DNA from: an uncultured Acidobacteriota bacterium
Lineage (GTDB): Bacteria; Acidobacteriota; Thermoanaerobaculia; Multivoradales; UBA5704
Length of the DNA: 64,000 nucleotides
Reading direction: 5' to 3'
Assembly (NCBI GenBank): GCA_963770895.1
Contig: CAVYRF010000001.1
Span: 704,481-768,480 of the forward strand
Made by a program: the position numbers and the translations under genes. Below, in pieces: positions 55,954 to 64,000 of the stretch. Each line of letters opens with the position of its first letter. The first letter of the stretch is position 1. Under the pieces are notes generated by a model. It was not told where the DNA came from. It was given only the letters and a program-made list of their open reading frames with translations, and searched no databases.

Positions 55954-56831
55954 CGGGGATCTCCGGCGGCTGGCCGATGGCGGCCGGGGGCGGGCCGCGC
56001 GCGGCGGCGCAGGGCGCGCAGCAGGCCCAGGCGGGGCAGGCGGCTCCACCAGGGGTAGGCGCCGCTCGCCTTGAGCAGCAGCTCGAAGCGGCTGTCGCCG
56101 GGGTTGACGGCGAAGCGGGGTACTGCAAATGGATCGCCGGCGCGGCTGGATGCGCCGGCGTGGGCAGTGGCGGCGGTGGCGGCGGTGGCGACAATACCGT
56201 GGATGGCGGCGGCGGCCAGGTAGCCGGCGGCGGCCACGGCGGCGCGGGTGCGGGAGTTGTAGGCGCCGTAGGGGTAGCAGAAGGTGGCGACCGGTTGGCC
56301 GACCGCCGCCGCCAGGTCCTCGCGCGAACCGGCGATCTCGGCGGCCAGGCCGGCTTCGTCGCAGGTGGTCAGGTCGCGATGGTGCCGGCTGTGCGAGCCG
56401 ATCTCGATGCCGGCCGCGGCCAGCCGGCGCAGCGCCGCCGCGTCCAGCAGCTCTTCGCGGCGCTCGGCCGGTCCCCGCGGCGGCCGGTCCCAGGCGTTGG
56501 TGCCGCCCAGCTCGCCGCTGACCGCGAACAACGTTGCAGTCATGCCGCGTGCGGCCAGCGCCGGCGCCGCGTGGTCGCGGAAGCAGCGGCAGCCGTCGTC
56601 GAAGGTGAGCACCACCGGCCGCCGCGGCAGCGGCCGCCCGTCGCGCTGCCGCGCCATGGCGTCCGCCAGCGTCAGCGTCGTGCAGCCGCGCGCGGCCAGG
56701 GCGTCCAGCGCCGCGTCGAACTGCCCCTGCGCCAGGTAGCTGTCGGGGTGCATCGGCGGCGGTTCCAGCTCGCCCGCCGGCACCGCCTCGACATGGTGAA
56801 ACATCAGCACCGGCAGCACCCGACGGATCAT
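55950..56831 (-). CDS. polysaccharide deacetylase (NodB homology domain)
   Basis: 293 aa from ATG 56831 (MIRRVLPVLMFHHVE). Contains VLTFDDGCRCFRDHAAPAL...TATLFA and IGSHSRHH. ATGA overlaps on both ends. Confidence 0.8.
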   Translation of the reverse strand: MIRRVLPVLMFHHVEAVPAGELEPPPMHPDSYLAQGQFDAALDALAARGCTTLTLADAMARQRDGRPLPRRPVVLTFDDGCRCFRDHAAPALAARGMTATLFAVSGELGGTNAWDRPPRGPAERREELLDAAALRRLAAAGIEIGSHSRHHRDLTTCDEAGLAAEIAGSREDLAAAVGQPVATFCYPYGAYNSRTRAAVAAAGYLAAAAIHGIVATAATAATAHAGASSRAGDPFAVPRFAVNPGDSRFELLLKASGAYPWWSRLPRLGLLRALRRRARPAPGRHRPAAGDPR

Positions 56832-58363
56832 GACGTGGGCCGCCGCGCCGGAGACGCCGCCGGCTGCGCCGGCTCCGGCATCGCTGGCGCGACAGCGGCC
56901 GTGGCGGCCTTGGTGGTCGTGGCGCGATCCAGGAGGGTCCCGCCCGGCTCGTCGCCGGCGCGGTCCGGCGGTGTTCCGGCGGCGCCTGCGCCGGCGGCCG
57001 GCGACGGCGGCGTCACGGCAGGCAGCGGCGACGGCGGCGTCACGGTCGGCGGCGGCTGCGGCGTCACGGTCGGCGGCGGCTGCGGCGTCACGGTCGGCGG
57101 CGGCGGCGGCGTGGCAAGCCCCGGCGCCTGGGGCCGCGAAGCCAGGGAGGTCAGCAACTGGGCGTAGGCTTGCACCATGGCTTCGATCGGAAAGGATGCG
57201 GCCCGCTGCCTGGGTAGCTCGCCCCAGTCGCGCGCCAGCGCGCTGCCCAGGGCCTGCGCATAGGCGTCGGGATCGGCGACGTCGCAGAACACCCCGGCGG
57301 CGCCGATCACTTCGTGCCGCACCGCGTCGTCCGGCGCGACCACCGGCAGGCCGCAGGCCAGCGCTTCCAGGTAGACCAGGCCGAACGACTCCGTGCGCGA
57401 CGGTAGCGTAAAGCAATCGGCAGCCCCATACCAGGCGGGCATCTCGCCGCGCGGCACCACCCGCCGCAGGTAGCGGCCGGCGCCCAGGCGCTCACCCGCC
57501 AGCCGATCGAGCGCCGCGGCCTCGGGTCCGTCGCCCAGCACCACCAAGCTGCCACCGCCGGCACTACCGCCGCCGGCCTTACCGCCCCCGCCGCTCCCGC
57601 CGCCGCTACTACCGCCGCCGGCCAATCGCGCCACCGCCTCGACCGCCAGGTGCATCCGCTTGTGTGCATCGACCGCCCCCACCGCCAGCACGCGCGGATG
57701 CGGCAGCGCATCCAGCTCCGCTGGGGGAGCCCCGGCCGGCGCCGGCGGCGCCGCCGCGGCGTCGTGCGCCGGGCCATCCATCGGCGGCCGGTGGGCCGGA
57801 GGGCGGAAGAGCGCCAGGTCCACGCCGTGCGGGATCACCACGACGTGGGCGCCGGGGGCGCGCTGGCGCAGCATCGCGGCGGCGGCGGCGGTGAAGGTGA
57901 CGACGCGATCGGGGCGCTGGCGCGCAAAGGCGCCTTCCCACTTGGGGTCCAGGCCGTGCGCGATGTCCACGAACGGCACGCCGCGCACGCGCCGCAGCAG
58001 GCGGCACAGCCAGGCGCCCACCAGGCCGCCCTCCATCACCACGACGTCGAAGCCGCCGCGCCACAGGTGGGGCAGGGCCGCCAGGGCGGCGCTGTACCAT
58101 TCCAGGCTCAGCGGATCCAGAAACAGGGTGTCCAGCGCCTTCTTCCCCAGGCGCGTGGCGCGGTAGGCGGCCACCACCCAGCGCTGGTCGCGCGGCAGGG
58201 CGCGGATGCGGCTGTGCGGCACCGTCGCCGGCGCCGGGCCGCGGCTGAACAGCCGCACCTCCCAGCCGGGCAGCGCCGCCAGCCGCTCGCACAGCTCGAC
58301 CACGAACGCCTCGGCGCCGCGCCGCTCGATCCCGACGCCGGGCATGACAAAGCCAACCCGCAT
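56828..58363 (-). CDS. GT4 (group 1) glycosyltransferase with C-terminal PPTVTPQ repeat tail
   Basis: 511 aa. TLPSRTESFGLVYLEALACGLPVVA (EX7E). GGAGAC RBS. Confidence 0.85.
   Translation of the reverse strand: MRVGFVMPGVGIERRGAEAFVVELCERLAALPGWEVRLFSRGPAPATVPHSRIRALPRDQRWVVAAYRATRLGKKALDTLFLDPLSLEWYSAALAALPHLWRGGFDVVVMEGGLVGAWLCRLLRRVRGVPFVDIAHGLDPKWEGAFARQRPDRVVTFTAAAAAMLRQRAPGAHVVVIPHGVDLALFRPPAHRPPMDGPAHDAAAAPPAPAGAPPAELDALPHPRVLAVGAVDAHKRMHLAVEAVARLAGGGSSGGGSGGGGKAGGGSAGGGSLVVLGDGPEAAALDRLAGERLGAGRYLRRVVPRGEMPAWYGAADCFTLPSRTESFGLVYLEALACGLPVVAPDDAVRHEVIGAAGVFCDVADPDAYAQALGSALARDWGELPRQRAASFPIEAMVQAYAQLLTSLASRPQAPGLATPPPPPTVTPQPPPTVTPQPPPTVTPPSPLPAVTPPSPAAGAGAAGTPPDRAGDEPGGTLLDRATTTKAATAAVAPAMPEPAQPAASPARRPTS
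57002..57110 (-). repeat. 21-24-bp tandem repeat x4 encoding PPTVTPQ at the GT4 C-terminus
   Basis: ggcggcgtcacggtcggcggcggctgc units on the plus strand. Confidence 0.6.
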
Positions 58364-58536
58364 CAGGTCTCCGGCCCCTCTCCCGCCCCCGCTCCAGCTC
58401 CCGGCCCCGCCCCCGGCGGCGCCCAGCGGCCCTGGGACCGGCGGTTCGCAAAGCTGCGGCGGCGGTGCGGCCAGCGCCGCCGCGCCAGGGAGCGCACCAA
58501 GCCGGGGGAAGGACGGGATGTCTCCATCACGTCACC

Positions 58537-60066
58537 TCAACGGTCCGTCAGCGGCAGCGCCGCGTCGCCGGGCAGCGCCGCCTGCTCGCCCGCCAGGGCG
58601 GCCGCCCACGCCGCCGGCGGCGGCTCGGGAGCGGCGGCGAAGAAGCCGCGGAAGGGCCTGCCGAAACGCAGCAGGTAGAGGCCGCAGGCCGCGACTGCGG
58701 CGGGCACCGAGGCCGCCAGGCGCCCCCAGCTGGCGGCGGGCTGCCACCAGGCGACCAGGGCGAACAGCGGCAGCGGCGCCAGGTAGACGTAGGCCAGGTC
58801 GAGCGCCAGGCGGCCGAACTCGGCGCCGCCGCAGATGCGGTAGATGCGCCAGCCCATCAGCAGGCCGCCCAGCAGCAGGTAGTTCGCCCAGGCCATGCCG
58901 ATGGTGCCGAGGTGGGTGGTGAGCAGGACCCCGAAGGCGGCCAGCGACACCATGTTCAGCGCCACGACGGCGAACCAGTCGCGATCGTGGCCCTCGGTTT
59001 TGAGCAGCTCGCCGCCGAGCGGCGAAAAGGGATCGGCGAGCGGCGCAAAGCAGAGCACCTGCACCAGCGGCACCGCCTTGACCCACTGCGGGCCGATCAG
59101 GATGCGCACCAGGACGATCTGGGCGTTGAACGACAGGAAGTAGGCGCCCAGGGTCTGCAGGCCCAGGAGAGTCACCGTCCCCATCCGGTAGGCGCCCAGG
59201 TAGCGCGCGCGGTCGCCGCGCCGGCGGTAGTCGATGAGCGCCGGATAGAGCACCCGCGCCACCGCCGGCAGCACCAGTTCCTGCAGGCGGAAGCCCCATT
59301 CGCGCGCCTTGCTGTATTGCGCCGCCCAAAAGGCGCCGGCTGCCACTCCCAGGCCGGAGCCGACGATGAGGTTGCTGACCTGCGGCACCGGCAGCGCCGC
59401 CAGGGCGATCAGAAACAGAAACGAGCTGCCGGCGATCATGCGCGGCAGCAGGCGCAGGTCGGCCGCCGTCAGGGCGAGCGGTACCCGCCCCCAGGCGCGG
59501 CGCCACAGCAACACGGCGAACAGCGCGGCGCCGGCGAGCTGACCGGCGACCAGGCTCCAGACGCCTGCCCCGGCCGCGGCCATGGCGATCGAAACCGCCG
59601 CCACCGCCGCGCCGCGCGCGATCTCGGGCGCCACCAGCCGGCCGACTGCCAGCTCGCATTCGAAGTAGACGCGCGGCACGACCGCCAGCCCGTCGAGCAG
59701 CACCCACCAGGCATAGACGCCGAGCACCGCCGGCAGCTCCCGGCTGAGCCCGGCGCTCCACGGCGCCGCCAGCGCCAGACCGGCGGAGAGCACGACGCCC
59801 GCCCCCACCTCCCAGGCCAGGACCGCGCCGTACGGCCGGCGCGGGTGCCGCACCAGCTCGTAGGGGAGCCCCAGGTCGCGCACGATGCCGACGATCACCG
59901 TGAACGCCAGCGCCAGCGCGTAGACGCCGAAGGCGTCGGGCAGGATGATGCGGGCCAGGGCCAGGTCGCTGGCGGCACGGATCAGCACCCGCGCCAGCTG
60001 GCTGCCGTAGGCCGCCAGGGTGGACTGCAGGAATCGCCGCTCGCTGTCCCGCATGTGGCGGCTCAT
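58537..60066 (-). CDS. polysaccharide biosynthesis protein / Wzx-like flippase (MOP superfamily)
   Basis: About 510 aa with 12 or more predicted TM helices and the polysaccharide-biosynthesis family fold. Start at ATG 60066 (MSRHMRD), or alternatively at 60054. Confidence 0.8.
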   Translation of the reverse strand: MSRHMRDSERRFLQSTLAAYGSQLARVLIRAASDLALARIILPDAFGVYALALAFTVIVGIVRDLGLPYELVRHPRRPYGAVLAWEVGAGVVLSAGLALAAPWSAGLSRELPAVLGVYAWWVLLDGLAVVPRVYFECELAVGRLVAPEIARGAAVAAVSIAMAAAGAGVWSLVAGQLAGAALFAVLLWRRAWGRVPLALTAADLRLLPRMIAGSSFLFLIALAALPVPQVSNLIVGSGLGVAAGAFWAAQYSKAREWGFRLQELVLPAVARVLYPALIDYRRRGDRARYLGAYRMGTVTLLGLQTLGAYFLSFNAQIVLVRILIGPQWVKAVPLVQVLCFAPLADPFSPLGGELLKTEGHDRDWFAVVALNMVSLAAFGVLLTTHLGTIGMAWANYLLLGGLLMGWRIYRICGGAEFGRLALDLAYVYLAPLPLFALVAWWQPAASWGRLAASVPAAVAACGLYLLRFGRPFRGFFAAAPEPPPAAWAAALAGEQAALPGDAALPLTDR

Positions 60067-60172
60067 TGTGTCACCACCGGCCGCGCGCTTGGCACCCAGC
60101 GCCGCCGCCCGGCGCCGCCAGCGGTGGCGATCCGCCGTCGCCACCCTCGCCGCCGGCGCGCGGCGCGCTGGT

Positions 60173-61063
60173 TCACGGCTCCGGCCAGCTGGCCAGGATG
60201 GCGCGGTACCAGGCCAGCCGGAAGGCGGCGACCGCCGGCAGCGACCGCCAGCAGGGGAGCAGCATCGGGTGGCGAAGAAAGATCGACGCGGCGCCGATCC
60301 ACGCCTTGAGCGGCGCCGCCAGGCGCAGGCGGCGGCGGGTCGCCCAGGTGGCGCCGGTGGCGAAGGCGCCGGGGTGGCGGGCCAGGAACTCCCGGAAGTG
60401 CCGGCCGTACCAGGCGGCGTGCCCTTCGAGATCGCGGCGGCTGGCGCGCACGGCGGCGTGCTCGACGACGGCGCCGGGCACGAAGGCGGTGGCCAGGCCG
60501 GCGGCGCGGGCGCGCAGCACCCAATCGTGGTCTTCGCTGGTCGGCAGCGCTTCGTCGAACGGCCCGACGCGCTCCCAGGCGTCGCGGCGGACCGCCAGGT
60601 TGAGGCTGCCCAGCGGGCGCCGCGTGTCGGCCTCCGCCGGGCGGTCGGGCAGCAGCGGGTGAAACGAGGCGATGTTGTCGGCCAGCGCCCAGCGCGCGGC
60701 GCCGCGGCGGGCGTCGCGTCCGCGGGCGAAGGTGACGGCGCCGCCGGCGATCGGCGCGCCGGCCAGCGCCGCCGCCAGCTCGCTCACCCAGCCGGCGGCG
60801 GGGCGGCAGTCCGCGTCGGTGAACAGCAGCAGGTCGCCGCGCGCCGCCACGACGCCGCGGTTGCGCGCCGCCGCCGGGTTGAGCCGCTCCGGCGTTTCGA
60901 CGAAGCGCACCGCCCCGTCGCGCGGCACCGCCCCCGGCGCGTCGCGCCCCACCACCACCACCTCCACCCCCTGGCCCGGCGCCCCCTGCGCGGCGAGCGC
61001 CGCGAGGGTCGCGCCGACCAGCGGCGAATCCAGGTTGGGCACCACGACGCTGATCAGGGGCAT
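60173..61063 (-). CDS. GT2 family glycosyltransferase
   Basis: ISVVVPNLDS...LFTDADC...SEDHDW (DxD and ED motifs). Confidence 0.85.
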   Translation of the reverse strand: MPLISVVVPNLDSPLVGATLAALAAQGAPGQGVEVVVVGRDAPGAVPRDGAVRFVETPERLNPAAARNRGVVAARGDLLLFTDADCRPAAGWVSELAAALAGAPIAGGAVTFARGRDARRGAARWALADNIASFHPLLPDRPAEADTRRPLGSLNLAVRRDAWERVGPFDEALPTSEDHDWVLRARAAGLATAFVPGAVVEHAAVRASRRDLEGHAAWYGRHFREFLARHPGAFATGATWATRRRLRLAAPLKAWIGAASIFLRHPMLLPCWRSLPAVAAFRLAWYRAILASWPEP

Positions 61064-61190
61064 GTCCGGTTCGAGTCGATAGCGCCTGGCGGGTGGGGCG
61101 CGATCCGCGAGCGATGGGTCCAGGGCCGGCCGCCTGCGCTGACCGGTGCCGGACCAGGCGGCCGCCGCGGTGGACCGCGGCGGCGGCGCG

Positions 61191-62294
<1,104 letters not shown>

Positions 62295-62545
62295 CGGCTC
62301 CCTTTCTGAAGCACGCTCGCCGGCGCGCCCCGGCTGCTGCTGGCCGCGCCGCGGCTGAATGGTAAAGGACCTGGACCTGGACGCGGAGCCCGCACCGACG
62401 AGAACCCGGCAGCCCGCCGGGCTGGGTCGGGAGGGATCGATGCCGGGCACTGCAGACCGCCACCTGATGCCCCTCCCTGGAAGGGCGAACTGCGGCGAAG
62501 TGTAGCCCAGCCGGTCAGGCGCGGCAACGCCGGGGGACTATGCGC

Positions 62546-63646
62546 TCAGGACGTGGGAGCGGCCACGGCCGGGGGAGCGGCGCCGGCGCCGCCGCCCAGC
62601 TCGGCCAGCAGCATCGCGGCCAGGATGAGGGCGCCGCCGAAGGTCAGCGCGGGCGTCCACGACTCGCGGCCGACGGCGACCGAAAAGACGGCGGCGACGA
62701 CCGGCTCGGCGGCCAGCAGCAGCACCGTGTCGGTCGCGGGCAGGTGGCGCTGGGCGTACAGCTGGCACAGGTAGGCCAGCACCGTGCCGGCGAGCGCCGT
62801 CAAGCCGATGGCGAACAGGGCGAAGGGCGTCGCCTCGCCGGCGCGCGGCGGCGCCAGCAGCAGCGACGGCGCGGCGAGCAGCGCGACCACCGCGAACTGC
62901 GCCACCGCCAGGGCGGTCAGCGACATGGCGCCGCGGCGCAGCACGCGCTCGATGCCGACGATGTGCAGCGAAAACGCCAGGGTGCCGGCCAGGGTCAGGG
63001 CGTCGCCGCGCCCGAAGGTCCAGTCGCCGTGCAGCCCCGCCGGCCGGTACAGCAGGTAGAGGCCGGCGGCGGCGCACAGCACCCCGGCGGCCGGTCCGGC
63101 CCGCCGGCGCGGCGCGGCGCCGACAGCGGCCGCCAGGCCGGCGCCGCGTCCCATCCGCAGGGAGAGCCAGGCGAGCGGCGGCACCAGGACGACGGCAAGG
63201 CCGGTCAAAAAAGCCGAACGCGACGGAGTGGTCCACAGCAGGCCGCTCGTCTGCAGCGCGAAGCCGGCGAACAGCAGCAAACCCAGGATGGCGCCCTGGG
63301 TCAGCAGCTCCTTGGCCGGACCAGCGCCGCCCGCCCTGGGGCCGGGTTCCAGGGCGCCGCCGGCACGGCGGGCGAGCGCCACCGGCAGCAGCAGCAGGGT
63401 CGCCAGGCTGAAGCGGTACGCCAGGAAGTGAAAGATCTGCACGTCGGCCAGGGCGCGCTGCACGACGGTGAACGAGGTGCCCCAGATCACCGTCGCGCCG
63501 AACAGGGCCAACCGCGCCAGCAGCCGCGCGTGCGCCGCCGGCGCCGCCGTGCGCGCCCCGCCCGTGGCGCCGGCCGCGGGCGCCGCGCCGCCCAGGTCCC
63601 CCGCCCCCGCTCCTGCCTCCGCCCCCTCCCCCTCCCCCTCTGACAT
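62546..63646 (-). CDS. DMT-superfamily (EamA-like) transporter
   Basis: Ten predicted TM helices and a duplicated EamA-like architecture. The Gly/Ala-rich N-terminal tail makes the true start uncertain. Confidence 0.75.
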   Translation of the reverse strand: MSEGEGEGAEAGAGAGDLGGAAPAAGATGGARTAAPAAHARLLARLALFGATVIWGTSFTVVQRALADVQIFHFLAYRFSLATLLLLPVALARRAGGALEPGPRAGGAGPAKELLTQGAILGLLLFAGFALQTSGLLWTTPSRSAFLTGLAVVLVPPLAWLSLRMGRGAGLAAAVGAAPRRRAGPAAGVLCAAAGLYLLYRPAGLHGDWTFGRGDALTLAGTLAFSLHIVGIERVLRRGAMSLTALAVAQFAVVALLAAPSLLLAPPRAGEATPFALFAIGLTALAGTVLAYLCQLYAQRHLPATDTVLLLAAEPVVAAVFSVAVGRESWTPALTFGGALILAAMLLAELGGGAGAAPPAVAAPTS

Positions 63647-63655
63647 CGCGACGGC

Positions 63656-64000
63656 TCAGAGCTTGCCCAGGGCGGCCAGGACCTCGGCGTCGTGGCCGTC
63701 CACGTTGACGCGCTTCCAGACCTTGCTCACCCGGCCCTGGCGATCGATGAGGAAGGTCGAGCGCTGGATGCCCATCGACTTCTTGCCGTACATGTTCTTT
63801 TCGCGCCAGGCGCCGTAGGCGTCCGCGACGTGATGGTCGGGGTCCGCCAGCAGCGGGAAGTTGAGGCTGAACTTGTCGCGGAACTTGCCGTGGCTCGCGG
63901 TGTCGTCCGGCGAGACGCCCAACACGACGGCGCCGTGCGCCGCCAGGTCCGATTTGCGGTCGCGGAAGGCGCACGCCTCGCGGGTGCACCCCGGCGTGTC
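63656..64000 (-). CDS. bcp: thioredoxin-dependent peroxiredoxin Bcp; 5' partial, N-terminus beyond the window end
   Basis: The reading frame continues through 64000 with DTPGCTREACAFRDRKSDLAAHGAVVLGVSPDD (peroxidatic Cys in PGCT). The C-terminus matches Bcp. Confidence 0.85.
   Translation of the reverse strand, partial: DTPGCTREACAFRDRKSDLAAHGAVVLGVSPDDTASHGKFRDKFSLNFPLLADPDHHVADAYGAWREKNMYGKKSMGIQRSTFLIDRQGRVSKVWKRVNVDGHDAEVLAALGKL

Overview
This 64 kb window is about 70% GC with extreme GC3 codon bias. I separated real genes from the many long antisense ORFs (rich in Arg, Pro and Gly) by domain content, translational-coupling overlaps (ATGA/GTGA) and ribosome-binding sites. I support about 50 genes, read left to right. 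(1) A 3'-partial multicopper-oxidase-like gene, then a minus-strand circadian-type operon kaiC-kaiB-hybrid PAS/GAF histidine kinase (1268..5892). KaiC carries a roughly 75-aa C-terminal coiled-coil extension, and no kaiA is visible in the window. (2) A glycan/lipid-modification island (5910..13359): a GT9 heptosyltransferase-like gene, a P-loop kinase, two PhyH-family dioxygenase paralogs and an FkbM-methyltransferase::GT4 fusion. (3) A copper/cytochrome assembly cluster (13432..18837): two Sco1/SenC paralogs, a cytochrome c fused to a type-I periplasmic binding domain, a SAM methyltransferase and a TlpA-like thiol-disulfide oxidoreductase. After it comes a compact promoter-RBS-42-codon-hairpin microgene. 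(4) An isocitrate-lyase/PEP-mutase family gene, a GT-rich degenerate repeat tract, a secreted hypothetical protein, and a single 12.3 kb NRPS gene (22104..34448) with architecture T-C-A-T-C-A-T-C-A-T-TE. (5) An RHH antitoxin-like gene, a Usp gene, a perfect 30 bp inverted repeat, mntH, a VOC gene and a DtxR/MntR-family regulator. (6) The most interesting region (38469..53367) is two convergent, translationally coupled operons. They encode six radical SAM proteins (five B12-binding-type, one SPASM-like), two SAM methyltransferases, an HprK-like Ser kinase, a PF14907-type nucleotidyltransferase, a GT4, a sulfotransferase and a small Gly/Ser/Thr-rich protein. I propose this is an undescribed modification system for a Gly/Ser-rich protein or peptide, or alternatively a glycan-tailoring system. 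(7) An EPS-like locus (53654..61063: BNR protein, Ser-acetyltransferase-like, polysaccharide deacetylase, GT4, Wzx-like flippase, GT2), then leucine dehydrogenase, a DMT transporter and a partial bcp. Many genes in regions 6 and 7 carry short in-frame tandem DNA repeats (18, 21, 24 and 81 bp units) at their termini. No rRNA, tRNA, CRISPR array or transposase was found.
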